64,000 nucleotides of DNA from an uncultured Nitrososphaerales archaeon (GTDB lineage Archaea; Thermoproteota; Nitrososphaeria; Nitrososphaerales; Nitrososphaeraceae), in contig CAVQMO010000010.1 in assembly GCA_963713605.1 (NCBI GenBank), positions 832,001-896,000 of the forward strand, read 5' to 3'. This document shows, in pieces, positions 22,537-34,197 of this stretch (within the stretch, counting starts at the first letter, position 1; each line of letters opens with the position of its first letter). The notes under the pieces were generated by a model. It was not told the DNA's origin. It did no database searches and saw only the letters and a list, made by a program, of their open reading frames with translations. The position numbers and the translations under genes were made by a program.

Positions 22537-22914
22537 ATGACTGACGCTGAAAGGTAAAGAAGATACTATATTCACTATTTTTCTTTTTCATTGCTGGTCT
22601 ATGTGAAATTGGCGGAGGTTACCTTGTATGGCTATGGCTTCGTGAAGACATGAGTTGGGTACTTGGTGCCATCGGTGGGTTTGTCTTGTTTTTATATGGT
22701 ATAGTGACCTACTCTCCAACCTTCTTATTTTCACAGAATATACACAGCTTATGGAGGCGTCTTTATTGTAATGGCTCTGTTATGGGGCATGCTCTTTGAG
22801 AATATCATTCCTGACTTTTATGATATATTGGGAGCCATAATAGCAATCGTTGGGATAGTCATAATATTTTACGTTCCTAGGAGAGGAGAAGAATCACTAT
22901 GGCAGAAAGCATAA
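22537..22914 (+). CDS. YnfA/UPF0060 membrane protein copy 1 (frameshifted, missing from the ORF track)
   Basis: [18 protein letters not shown]...[20 protein letters not shown]...PDFYDILGA; stop overlaps the start of copy 2. Confidence 0.75.
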
Positions 22915-23258
22915 TCACGAATAGCCTAGCATTAAACATAGTTACAAGTATCATATTGTTCTTTGTTGCAGCAATTGCTGAAATTGGAGGTGGTTACCTT
23001 GTATGGAAATGGTTACGTGAAAGAAAAGGAGTTGTGTTTGGTCTGTTTGGTGGAGTCATTCTATTCATTTATGGTATCATTCCCACACTGCAACCAGCTA
23101 ACTTTGGAAGAGTCTATGCTGCTTATGGTGGAATCTTTATTGTATCTGCAATTATATGGGGATTTTTTGTAGACAAGAAGAAGCCAGACAGATATGAAGT
23201 CATAGGTTCATTGACTGCTATTCTAGGTGCAATCATTATATTCTACGCTCCAAGATAA
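22899..23258 (+). CDS. ynfA: YnfA/UPF0060 family membrane protein
   Basis: [40 protein letters not shown]. Confidence 0.9.
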   Translation: MAESIITNSLALNIVTSIILFFVAAIAEIGGGYLVWKWLRERKGVVFGLFGGVILFIYGIIPTLQPANFGRVYAAYGGIFIVSAIIWGFFVDKKKPDRYEVIGSLTAILGAIIIFYAPR

Positions 23259-23389
23259 GATAGTAATGAGCGGTTACCCCCCCCATATAACAAACCACCA
23301 TATGTGCCACTAATTATAAAGTAGTATGACTGTAATAGTATACTAGTAATCCCCTTGACAGACGTTTCCTTGCAAGAAAAGATAAACGT

Positions 23390-23921
23390 TTAGTTTATAG
23401 AGACTGCAACTGCAAGAATAACAAATTCTTCTTCATGTGCAAATCCCAGTATGAATGCAAAACTTGTTATCGACTTCAGGCTTTGTGTTTGTCGTTTCAT
23501 ATGAATATGTATATGTGAATGATGTCCTCCATCCTTATGCCAGTGAGTGTGTTCATGACTTACTTGGAGTGCAGTATCAAAGTTTTTTTCATTATGAAGG
23601 TGTCCATGCTGAGTTTGCTGCAAGTCTTCTCCTTTCTCGCGCCAAAACATATAGGCCAGTATCCCTAGTCCCATTGAGAGCATAACGCAAGTAGAGTTGT
23701 GGTATCTCTATCAAAGTGGTTAAAAACAGATATGCCGCAACAACTACAATCGAAGATACAAAATGAGCACCAGCTATTATAGACGAACTTGTAATGCCAG
23801 CAAGAAATGGCTTTCTGCTACGCATAGAATAAAGCGTCGCTACAGGCCAACCGTGTGAGGGATTTATCCCATGCAGAAGACCAAAGGCCATGATACCCGG
23901 TAGTACGGTGCTAAATGGCAA
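23390..23921 (-). pseudogene. Nickel/cobalt transporter (RcnA/NiCoT-like), frameshifted
   Basis: FGLLHGINPSHGWP, His-rich loop HEHTHWHKDGGHHSHIHIH, LGFAHEEEF. Confidence 0.75.
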
Positions 23922-23980
23922 CAGGTTACTTTGCCAGTCATTACATGTAAAAATCTTCCTATCCCTATCAAAAAGAAGCC

Positions 23981-24055
23981 TCGTTAGACAAGGAAGCAGC
24001 TAGTCATGATGGTGTCTTTGATGCATTTAGAATGTCACTTCAGTATTGGCATTAG
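23981..24055 (+). pseudogene. Terminase-like 3'-end remnant
   Basis: Translates SLDKEAASHDGVFDAFRMSLQYWH*. Confidence 0.65.
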
Positions 24056-24085
24056 CGCATCATCATCACCAGCTGAAGAGGTGCC

Positions 24086-24370
24086 CTATTCGGGATGGTA
24101 GGTTCTGCGACCTTCGTCTGTCAGACCAAACTTGTTATCCTCATCCCTATAGATTTGCCCCTCGCCTAGGAACTGCTCTAAGACAATTCTTAGATACAGA
24201 TCCTGCCCCGATGCCTCTTCATTCTTCCAGATAGATTTTAACGGAAACGTAATAGGTTGCGCATTTTGACGCGCGACTTTATCAAGTTCGCACAGACTCG
24301 CCATAAAATATGCTCTATTGATACGATTGTCTCTTACTGGATCATCAACACTAAACCTATCATATGACAT
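24086..24370 (-). CDS. Hypothetical protein
   Basis: 94-aa ATG ORF. Confidence 0.45.
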   Translation of the reverse strand: MSYDRFSVDDPVRDNRINRAYFMASLCELDKVARQNAQPITFPLKSIWKNEEASGQDLYLRIVLEQFLGEGQIYRDEDNKFGLTDEGRRTYHPE

Positions 24371-24819
24371 GTGTATTGATGATGAGCAACTTATTCCTCC
24401 GCTATATTACTTTCTTGTCCTCGAGCAGCTAAGATTTTAATTGTCATCGTAGTTTTCACGCATAACATTACAAATCTAGTCTGCAACTAGACGCCAAGCA
24501 TGGTATTCTACTTTCGCCTCTTGGTTGCTATTCCTGTCATTATCACTTTGCTGTATGAACCCTGTAAAGTTTGTACAATCCATTATGCTGTTACAGTAAA
24601 TGCAAATCCATCTCATAGGTAAAGTATGTACTACGCAGACATTCTTTATATAACGTTCATCTATAGTTCTGAAACAATAGTTTCAGTCAGGGATATTTGT
24701 TATGTTGGTTATGCATGAAACCAGGATGCCTGGCAGGCCCAATTAGATTGACTCTGCAGTTCTCGCATTAATCTGGTTATCAATTCATTCCTGCTACAGA
24801 TGAGGAATCTGTTAATAAT

Positions 24820-25085
24820 CTAAGGCATTTGTGAAGATAAAATGGTTAACTTCTTAAAGTCTCTGACTGGATCTGAAAGCCAGCCAAAAAGATCTTCCAG
24901 AACCTTTTGTTCCATTGGACCTCCAAGAATAGTCTTCCATTGAGATGAAGGATAGAACACATGGCCGAGGTCCGGATATGTTATCAATGTATGATCAGGA
25001 TGTCTTACTTCTGTCAGTTCCTGCTGTAGAAGAAATGCTTGCAGTACGGGGGTGTCTGAATCATTCTTTCCATTTTGTATTAAAA
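24820..25085 (-). pseudogene. C-terminal remnant of an alpha/beta hydrolase paralogous to 54682-55983
   Basis: QNGKNDSDTPVLQAFLLQQELTEVRHPDHTLITYPDLGHVFYPSS. Confidence 0.75.
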
Positions 25086-25133
25086 TAGATGTATCGTATC
25101 ACTTTTCTTTTTTGATTCTATAAAATAGTAAGA

Positions 25134-25439
25134 CTACTTTTTCTTATCGTTATAATACGACCATAGGTCCTTCATGACTACGTTAAAGTTATCCTGTAGA
25201 CCATCTAGTCTTGGACCCAATCTTTTATCTTCAAGGTGAGTATCGATAACATGTCTGTATGAACTGTCAATCGCTTTTAGGTAAGCGTATACATATGACT
25301 CTAATGGTATATCCCTTGCTGAACTTTCACGTCTTTCACGCTCTTCTAACTCTTTGTACACTGTTTCACCTTTGTTGATTATGATTTCTTCTAGCGTTTC
25401 TTTTCCATTCGACATATTATGTCTAGATAAATTGGACAT
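25134..25439 (-). CDS. Hypothetical protein
   Basis: 101-aa ORF with plausible composition. Confidence 0.45.
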   Translation of the reverse strand: MSNLSRHNMSNGKETLEEIIINKGETVYKELEERERRESSARDIPLESYVYAYLKAIDSSYRHVIDTHLEDKRLGPRLDGLQDNFNVVMKDLWSYYNDKKK

Positions 25440-25685
25440 AGATATAAAATATCATGTACCCAGTAACCATTCTTGAGATCGAACAGTTAAAATTTAACTA
25501 TGCTCTCATGGAATACCAGCCTGGTCTATGCTCCTGTATCTCCCAATGACATAAAATGAATCATTGAGCTCTTCTTCCCCATCAGCATCCCCCTAATCAG
25601 CGTGCTAGTGCAGTAGGAGTAATAGTAGCTAAGCTAAGCTATAATCGCGGTCCAGTTTATATAGAATAACTAATCAACATTACGA

Positions 25686-25933
25686 ATGTCTTACAGTACG
25701 CGCAGGAGTCATGGCGGCTTTAATAAGGGCTCCCCTATTCAGAAGCCAATCGAAGTAGACATCAAGGTAAACAATACGAAGTAGACATCACAGAAATAAG
25801 TAGAAAGGGAGATGGCATAGCCAAGGTCCAAGGGTTCGTGGTATTTGTAGAAAATGGAAAAGTTGGAAATAAGATAAAGGTAGAGATAAAGGAAGTAGCC
25901 GATAGGTTCGCTAAAGCAACAATTGTGGTCTAA
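25686..25933 (+). pseudogene. Single TRAM-domain RNA-binding protein, disrupted by a 7-nt insertion
   Basis: KPIEV/GKQYEVDITEISRKGDGIAKVQGFVVFVENGKVGNKIKVEIKEVADRFAKATIVV*. Confidence 0.85.
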
Positions 25934-26043
25934 GCTGTATACCGGAGTTACCTCCAACTCTTATGACAGTATTTAAATGTAGTTTGTGCGGAAAGCATTT
26001 TCAAAATCAAGATGACCCTACGTCATCAGCGTTTTGAGAGTGG

Positions 26044-26922
26044 TCAATAGAACAAAGAAGTATGAAGTTGATGTAAAATCTGGGAGGTACTGGTCGAAGA
26101 AATGAGATAATTAACTTTATCACTCTCCAAATCTATACTCTTAGACGGAGGAAAGACATTATCAAGACAGTTTCTAAGTTGCTGCGTGCACGCTTCTAGG
26201 CATTCACTAATCCCATCGCATTTAGGAGCTGCATTACTCCATTGTTCAATACATCCAATGATATTTGCTGAAAATTCGGTCATTTCATTCATGTACACGC
26301 TGGAAGAAATAATATAGTTGCTAATACTTGGAAAAGTTCTTCGACAGTATAATATAAAATAAAAAGTTGTCTTTAAAGAAGCATTAATGCTAATGCTAAA
26401 TACGATGTTTGAAAATAGGGGAGTCTTTTGGTCTTCTAGATTTAGTGCGTCGTTCGTAAGACAATGAACACTGTCAGTTAGTTGAGGTAAATCATTGCCG
26501 ACATATCTGAGAACGTTTGAGATGTGTTTCTCACCTAGAATTTTGTTATTTTTCAAACAATGAAATAGCTTCAAAAAAGACGGCAGAAAGGTTTTGATTT
26601 CGTCGTAAACAATAGCCAGTTCGTGAAGATCGTTCAAAGCCCAGAACTCCTCTAACAAGTTTTGGACTTCTGATGCTGACATATCTAATTCTATGACTAC
26701 GTCAACTGGTTTTTTGCCCGTTGAAAATAGGAACAAAGCTTGTGTATCTTTGGACTTATTTTTGACGTCTTTCGTTTTATCATTTTGACCATCTATTTTC
26801 CGTATGATTTTCCCAATATCTGTAAATGAAACATGTGCTGCATGAGCAATCTCACGAATGGCCTTACCTTCCCGATGAAGCTTAAGCTGCTCTTTATCTC
26901 GTCAGTTTAATACCACTTGCAA
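26044..26922 (-). pseudogene. HTH/coiled-coil mobile-element protein remnant (paralogue at 63772)
   Basis: LHREGKAIREIAHAAHVSFTDIGKIIRK...DTQALFLFSTGKKPVDVVIELD; the ORF C terminus looks chimeric. Confidence 0.6.
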
Positions 26923-27261
26923 TAGGTATTATTGGTTATCATTACAGATAGCTTTTTCTGCCTGCTATCACTTGCTACTGTTTTGAGTCTGATACTACAG
27001 ATTAATATCAACTGTTATTTTGTACTGTCTTATATCCACGACGACTATTCATGTACACCATTCATGTACGCTATTAATGTACAATATGACTAACGGCTTA
27101 AAGAGATCTTCATTTATGTGGATTCATACTTATAACACTACTAGTTTAATCTCGTATCTCTTCTAGCGAATAGTACATAATGATAGTCTGATTCATAGTA
27201 TGTAGTCTCCTAGTAGAATATTTCAGTCAGTTAATATAGGCAAATTTACTATATATAATAG

Positions 27262-27489
27262 ATGTCCCAAATATTTGAAGATTGTATAAGATTATTCTAT
27301 ATTCGCTGCGAGGATGTAGGATTGGACTGTAATTGCATTATTTATGGAAACACGGAAGAGAAAGTCGCGAATCAGACATTCTTGCACATGTTCGAATATC
27401 ATGCAATAAATCAGGAGGAAATGACCACATGTATGAGATTGAAGATAAAAGAGAATATGCAGATACATTCTCATAATGATCAGCAGTAA
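27262..27489 (+). CDS. Small metal-binding protein (DUF1059-like)
   Basis: RCEDVGLDCNCIIYGNTEEKV...HMFEYH pattern. Confidence 0.65.
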   Translation: MSQIFEDCIRLFYIRCEDVGLDCNCIIYGNTEEKVANQTFLHMFEYHAINQEEMTTCMRLKIKENMQIHSHNDQQ

Positions 27490-27902
27490 CGGCATTCAAT
27501 GTGGTCTGCAGGCCTATGGACAAGAGGCTCTAGAATTAAATAGAGCAGCTCTAGAAAATGTCTCATAAAAAATAACTCCGATAATTATTTTATCATAACT
27601 TTATAACCATCTTGTATGACGTTTGGCTTAGACAGGCTTTTAATAGGCCAGAGGTCCAGTCAAACATGACTTGCGTTCTGCCCAATACCGTGAAGTCGCC
27701 TCATTTAATCAAAAAGGTTGCAATCCCGGGGATATGGGTAGATTAAATATTTAGCATCCAGACATCATTGCTGTATTACATGAATGAATGATGAGCAGTT
27801 CTCATCTCTTATCCACCTATTGTGCAGGTTGTATTGCCTGCCTTGGTTGTGTTACAGCGTCTGCGTCTGTGTCGGATTCTAGCCAGATTCTAAATCTATC
27901 GA

Positions 27903-28340
27903 TTAAACCATTTGAGAATAAGTCAATCCATTGAAGGACTCGAACAATAGCTGATGTGAGATCGTAAATGTTCCACAATTTTCTTGGGGGCAAGTTTCAA
28001 TCCGAAAATCGCTATTAATGGAAATTGGACTTTGTAACCCTGTAATTAGAACAGTATAAGCATTATAGCGTCTTTTCGCCATCTCTAAAGCTCTTACGCT
28101 GAAGGTTTTGGTTCCTCGGTGTGAAAACACAACGACAATATCATTTGGAGAAACAAAGTATCTTGAGTTGACAAAGTCGTTGCTTTGTATTGCAGTGGCA
28201 TCCATTTGTACATGCTCTCTCCATAAGAATTCAGCGATTTTAGCAGCCCAGAAGCTGCTGCCAATCCCGATAAAGTAGATTCTTTTAAAGTCAAGGTCTG
28301 ATAATCCAGAAGGAAGTGGAATATCTATACCCTTCTCCAT
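27903..28340 (-). pseudogene. SIS (sugar isomerase) domain fragment, GlmS-like
   Basis: IYFIGIGSSFWAA, VVVFSHRGTK; truncated. Confidence 0.7.
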
Positions 28341-28478
28341 TCAGAAGGTTGATTGAGGATATTAGTCTCATAAAGAAAAGCCATGGAGATTGATATGATT
28401 TATTGTCTTGGACGGTAATAAAATAAGCTTATGATATGGTACCAGTATTGATATGATAATGCTTAAAGGCTAGGAAAT

Positions 28479-28826
28479 TTGTTTACTTTACAATCCATGT
28501 CTATAGATGAAAGGTTAAATCAATTTCTGAAAAATGCTAGAGATTGGGAAAAGAAGGCTACTAACATACCCGGTTTATTTTTGCTTAAACTTCCTGGCTG
28601 GAGAGGCAACCCACCATCTATCGTTTTCGAGATAAATCCTGTTGATGCTTCTGGTTCACCCACAAAGAAAAGAGGAGTTGTTGTACGATCTGCTGCAGAA
28701 CTGGAATGGATCAAAGATATATTATCAAATCCCAAGACTGCTGAATTAGCAGAAAAGATGGACAAGGTAAATCCTCCGAAAAAAGAATCTCTATCCAGGA
28801 CCGGCACAGACATATTTGAAGTCTAA
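28479..28826 (+). CDS. Conserved archaeal hypothetical protein
   Basis: DWEKKATNIPGLFLLKLP...EINPVDASGSPTKKRG. Confidence 0.6.
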   Translation: MFTLQSMSIDERLNQFLKNARDWEKKATNIPGLFLLKLPGWRGNPPSIVFEINPVDASGSPTKKRGVVVRSAAELEWIKDILSNPKTAELAEKMDKVNPPKKESLSRTGTDIFEV

Positions 28827-29024
28827 GTGAGGATATTAGAACGAAGTATTAAAGAATACTCTTCTTGGATGTATATGTTATTATTAGTCATGAGTCATAC
28901 TCTCAACATATGCTTTCAAAACTTCTTTGTTGTATGACTTATTGTTTACGAAAGGTAAGTTCCTATAAACTAACTCATAAATACTTACTGATTATAATCG
29001 AAACTAACTAGGAAATAACTGATT

Positions 29025-29576
29025 ATGATATATAATTCCAAATTATTAATAGAATGCCTGAAGCTAGAGTGCTTACCATCACACAAACTCAATTTGTATT
29101 ATTCAACTTCTTCTAGCCTTGGACATAATAATCCATCTTTCACAGACAGGATAATTAGTAATACTGCAACCGCTGCTAAATCTTCTACGTCTGTCGATAC
29201 TAGTAACAAAAGGATTCTAATAGTTGATGATGAAGTGGATATCACATTATTCTTCAAGATAACTCTAGAACAAGCGGGTTTTATTGTAGATACATACAAT
29301 GATCCATTGAGATCCTTATCTAACTACAGGGCAGGAAAATATGATTTGCTATTGCTCGATATTAGAATGCCACATATGAATGGATTTGAATTATATGGAA
29401 AGATCAGACAAATTGATGATAAAACCAAGATATGTTTTATGACTGCATATGAAGAATACTACAACGAGTTCAAAAGAATATTTCCAGATTTACAGGAAGG
29501 AGAATGCTTTATTAGAAAACCAATAGGTATGGATGACCTGATTAAAACTGTGAAATCACATTTGAATTACGACTGA
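29025..29576 (+). CDS. Stand-alone response regulator receiver protein
   Basis: ILIVDDE, LLDIRMPHMNGFEL, FMTA, FIRKP; true start may be downstream. Confidence 0.88.
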   Translation: MIYNSKLLIECLKLECLPSHKLNLYYSTSSSLGHNNPSFTDRIISNTATAAKSSTSVDTSNKRILIVDDEVDITLFFKITLEQAGFIVDTYNDPLRSLSNYRAGKYDLLLLDIRMPHMNGFELYGKIRQIDDKTKICFMTAYEEYYNEFKRIFPDLQEGECFIRKPIGMDDLIKTVKSHLNYD

Positions 29577-29863
29577 ATTACCACAGGAATAGATGACACA
29601 TACTCAAATAGCGAATCAACAGTTTTATCATATGCTTCCATATTTGAGAATCTCTGGATTCAATCAAAAATGATTAATGATAATATACTATCATAATACC
29701 TACTGACAAAACATTACCGAGGTATTAACGATCAAGTTTGGAAAGGAGTTTACCTTTCGTAATTGTTATGATAATAAATTTAATTCTTAGTATGGTATTG
29801 AATGTATACAAATAGTAACAGTAGTGTCCCTCGCATCCTACTAATTATTTACTAATTAAGCGT

Positions 29864-30232
29864 TCAATCTCCCTTATCAGCTCCTTTATTCCCAATAGGT
29901 TTACGAATGAATAACTCTTTGTCCAAGGCACAATAATCTCTAGTTCTAAACTCTTTATGGTAGAGTTCAGTTGCGGTAAGAAAACAAGTTTTAGCATTTG
30001 GATCTATTTCTTTTATTTTCCCATGTAATTCAAAGCCATTCATATCTGGCATTTTGATATCAAGCATAATCAAGTCATAATAATCTGGTTTGAAACTTGA
30101 CAATGCTCTTCTGGATTCATTATAAGTTTCAACTTCATATCCATAATATTCCAAAGACATTCTATAATACAAGGTAAGATCAGATTCATCATCTACTACC
30201 ATGATTCGTTTTCTTTTTACTTTATCATTCAT
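29864..30232 (-). CDS. Stand-alone response regulator receiver protein
   Basis: IMVVDDE, LDIKMPDMNGFEL, FLTA, FIRKP; C terminus probably frameshifted. Confidence 0.85.
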   Translation of the reverse strand: MNDKVKRKRIMVVDDESDLTLYYRMSLEYYGYEVETYNESRRALSSFKPDYYDLIMLDIKMPDMNGFELHGKIKEIDPNAKTCFLTATELYHKEFRTRDYCALDKELFIRKPIGNKGADKGD

Positions 30233-31680
30233 TAATTAAATAGGCAGCCGCCTTTTTTCTTCGATCCGATAGTCGTAGTTGTGATGTTTTTGACTGATTA
30301 TTTACTATAGTAAAATCTGAAATAACGATTAGGAAAGGGGAAGATAATAATAAGCATAGTGTCTGCTGTGGTTATAATAGTTTCCATATAGATTCCGATA
30401 ATTTAGAATTCTACATTTACCCTTCTAAATTATCGTTATGATTTATCATCTTGTGACCCTATTTTCTGCATAATGTTAGAGATATTCTTTAATTCTTCAA
30501 TTATCTATGGCTGTGTACTCATACTGATTGAATACGCAAGATAGAGAGATTGCAGATAGGATCTCCCACCATGTAACAATCACTTCATCTCCATCAGTGG
30601 CTGCAATTTCTGCATTAAACGAATCTGAATCATTAGTGTAATTTTATTCCCGAATATTGAACTACTATCCGCCGAAGCTCTGAAAAATACTTCTAAGTTA
30701 TTATTTGGCATGTTCTTATCTGTAGTCCATACGTTTTTTCCAGAGGTAGCAATTGGTGGAGCTTGCAGGAGGACACTATATGCATCGCCTACCTTTAATT
30801 ATTGAAATTGTAGGACTGTGATATGCCGATCAATTAAACTTAATAATACGAGCGTAGCTGTTGAAGTTCGGGGTAACTTCACAATCTAATTTGAAACGAT
30901 CTTATAATAGCTCAACTCATATTGAAATTAGCGCCATACTGCGGAAACGAAAATACTGATAAACATGGTTAGTTCCCCATTGTAATAGTAAAGACTTTGG
31001 TTATTCGGTCGTCATAGATTTATTTATTTCTGTGTTTCAATCCATTCAAGCCAGTTATTATTGGAACTAACTCCATAATAAAAAGTTCCATTCCAACACA
31101 AGCCCCAATGAGGAGTACCAAACTACGTTTTCATTCTTCTCTCATTAGTAGCCCTCACCGCAAAACGCCGGACAAGCTGAAGCTGATGAGCTAGAGCTTA
31201 AAGTCGTAGACGTAAAGCTTGAGTCATCGCGCTGGCAAGTATATCTTTCTTTGCTCCGGTTTACCGTCTTTGCTGTTCGTTACCCATTCACATTCATTTA
31301 GGAATTCATTGATGTATACACTCTCCCTCTCCTACTGCGACTTCACCTGGAGAGAACTGCATTTTTACAAAGAAGCTCTCTGACATATCGCTTTCAGATG
31401 TAACGGTGGATCATTTGGAGCTGTTTCCCAATTTCTCATCCACTCAAAAGCACGAGACGTCATTTCTTCTTTCTTATTCTGGCAATAGGAGCGTGGGTAA
31501 CAGTAAGAAAACAAAATAACCGAAAATAAGAACACTTAATGCTGTACCGGCATAGCCTACCCTTTTCAAAGCTTTTTCATGTTCCATACCCTATATATAG
31601 ACACATAGTTACATATAGATCCCTGTTTATGGTCGTATATAGTCCAAATATTATGGTTGTTATCGCAACTGAGTCTCACA

Positions 31681-31755
31681 TGCATAGAACATAGTGGGTT
31701 CAAGTTGTATTGAACAGATCTCCTCGTGGATCATTGAAAACACTTTAAAGTCTTG
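31681..31755 (+). repeat. ~75-bp element-end repeat, copy 1 (copy 2 at 49127-49200)
   Basis: TGCATAGAAC...GTGGGTTCAAG...TTGAACAGAT.TCCTCGTGGATCATTGAAAACACTTTAAAGTCTTG nearly identical in both copies. Confidence 0.9.
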
Positions 31756-31792
31756 CCAGTTAAACGTTTTGGGCCCACTTTAAAGTGGGTCC

Positions 31793-31903
31793 GAAGAGAT
31801 TGGAACAATTAAGCAACAAATGAATGAGCTGATGATAATGATCCAACAGAATCCAAGATTGACAAATATAAAACCAGAGATATTGATTGATAAAAGTCAA
31901 TAG
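31793..31903 (+). pseudogene. Integrase C-terminal remnant
   Basis: EEIGTIKQQMNELMIMIQQNPRLTNIKPEILIDKSQ* matches the end of the 18690-19901 integrase. Confidence 0.85.
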
Positions 31904-32272
31904 TTTCGGTTACTATCGAAATATGTTATATGACAAATCGATCTTCCTTTTCAATGAATTGCTTGACATGTGTGACTTTAACTATAATTCGTTTTATGGT
32001 AATAGAACTCCAATCATCTGCTTCAGAAGTAATTTGCCCGAATAACCGTGAATCATCAATAATAATAGATCGTTGAATAACCGTGCGTCGATCACCTTGA
32101 TAATATAAACACTGTTCATCTGGGACTATCGGAATTGTGTTATTATCGTTATTCCCACTGGTATCATTTGGCTGAGGAGATTGAGGGCGATATCCTCTCT
32201 CTAGCTATGTTCTCTGTCTGTGTACTCTACCTACTGATATCCATTCTATTCATGTAGTTTAAATAGCCTAGT

Positions 32273-33263
32273 GTGGTTCTACATACTACTAATACGGCAA
32301 AAAAAGTTGAAAAGGCCCTAAACAACATAAAAACGATAACAAGAAACTCAGTCACTTGTTTTATCTGTCTGAACGATTACACAAATATCATTACTGATTC
32401 TGAATCAGGCGAGATTGTTTGTAGTAATTGTGGTATAGTTATTACTGAAAAGTCTGAGAATATTAGTAATCCTGAATGGCGTGCATTTACAGCCGAAGAA
32501 CAAAATAAAAGAGCGAGAACAGGAGCTCCGACTTCTCTAGCTATGCACGATCGAGGCCTAGCAACACTAATTTCAAAAACTGGCAGAGACGCTAGTGGAC
32601 AGAAATTGGATACTGCAATGTATTCGGCGTACAAGAGATTAAGAACATGGGATTGTAGAATAATTCACGATAGTTCACATAATAGAAATCTATTTCAGGC
32701 TTTCTCTCAGCTTTACGCTTTAAAAGATAAGCTTGGGCTTTCATACACGATAATTGAGAAAACAGCATATATCTATAGGAAAGCAGAAGATAGAGGGTTG
32801 GTGCGTGGTAGAACAACTTCAGGAATGGTCACTGCAGCATTATACCTCGCATGCAGAGAAATTGGAGGACCTAGAACTATCAAGGAAATAGCTGCAGTTA
32901 GTAATACGAAACGTAAGCACATGGCACTATGTTGCAGACTACTGATAAGCGAGCTTGACCTTAAAGTGCCTATGGTCGACCCCATGAAATGTATTGTCAA
33001 AATTGCAAATAAGGCTGAGTCTGTCGGAGAAAACAACACGACTAGCAATGAATGTGATGACAGAAATAATTAAAAGCAAAATATCTGCTGGAAAAAATCC
33101 AATGAGTTTCGCAGCAACAGTGCTTTATATTTCATCCTTCAAGGCGGGTGAAAAGTTAACGTAGCTTGACATAGCTGAAGCTGCAGGGGTAACAGAAGTA
33201 ACTATTCGAAATAGAGTCAAGGAACTAAATAATACGGTTGGCAAAACAATTCATTGGAATTAG
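32273..33263 (+). pseudogene. tfb: Transcription initiation factor IIB (TFB) paralogue, frameshift plus internal stop
   Basis: Zn ribbon CFIC...GEIVCSNCG, PEWRAF, HDRGL, cyclin repeats; GKNPMSFAA and IAEAAGVTEVTIRNR follow in another frame with TAG at ~33162. Confidence 0.85.
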
Positions 33264-33511
33264 AAATCAAGTATTCATGTACCATTAGAAAAGATCACTA
33301 TACAAGCGGGAATAACGTTGCTAACGAGCCAAATAGTCTGTCGTTAAAGACGGATTCCCGAAGCATACCGGTTTCCAATGCCTCTTAGAATAATATTATG
33401 GCATAGTCCTTGGTGATTGCTTTAGCCACTTTATCTCTGAGTTCTACCACTGTATATTGCTACTGTTATTATGGACATGATAAACATTAACAAAAGTAAG
33501 AAAATAAGGTT

Positions 33512-33955
33512 TTAAGATGACTTTTTATCGAATCTCATATCCAAGGAAATTAAGATCCTTACACCCACACCCATTATGTGGAATAGTGTTTGAATAGTCT
33601 GTGTTGCATGATAAAATTTATAGAATAGACTGGAAACGGCAGGTAATTCGTCAATTGTATCTAAGTAATCCGCAATCTCGTCGAAAGTGAGACCAGAATC
33701 ATTCATGTTTATCAGTAAGTCCTCATCTATACCGGCAAGCTTTAACATATCTGATGCAACAAGAAGATCATATGCTGTATCAAAATCTACTCTGCCGTCC
33801 CAACCAAAATAAGACATTATTACCCCAATAGCACACCTGCCGTTATTCCCATCGGAATATCGCGACTGAATCTGTCTGAATTGCTTTCCATAGAAACGCA
33901 GGATCTGTGATACAGTCAGCTGCTGTCGTTGTTTCAGTATTAGCTTCTGACTCAT
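33512..33955 (-). CDS. Hypothetical protein
   Basis: GRCAIGVIMSYFGW...MNDSGLTFDEIADYL. Confidence 0.55.
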   Translation of the reverse strand: MSQKLILKQRQQLTVSQILRFYGKQFRQIQSRYSDGNNGRCAIGVIMSYFGWDGRVDFDTAYDLLVASDMLKLAGIDEDLLINMNDSGLTFDEIADYLDTIDELPAVSSLFYKFYHATQTIQTLFHIMGVGVRILISLDMRFDKKSS

Positions 33956-34197
33956 AGATTGTAGAGTATAATAGTCAACAAGCTATTTAGAGAATTTGTT
34001 TTGTATCGATAGCGGCAACTAGTTAATATCAATCAATCTATTTTGTTGTACTTGCTACTATCTGAATTAAGTTCTCTATCTGAATCGGTTTTTTTATGAA
34101 TTCCGCTATGTATCTGTTCTCTTCCAACTCTCTAATCAGCTCGCTGTCCAAGCAGTGTAGAAATTAGAATTATATTAGTTCCATTATATTTTTAATC

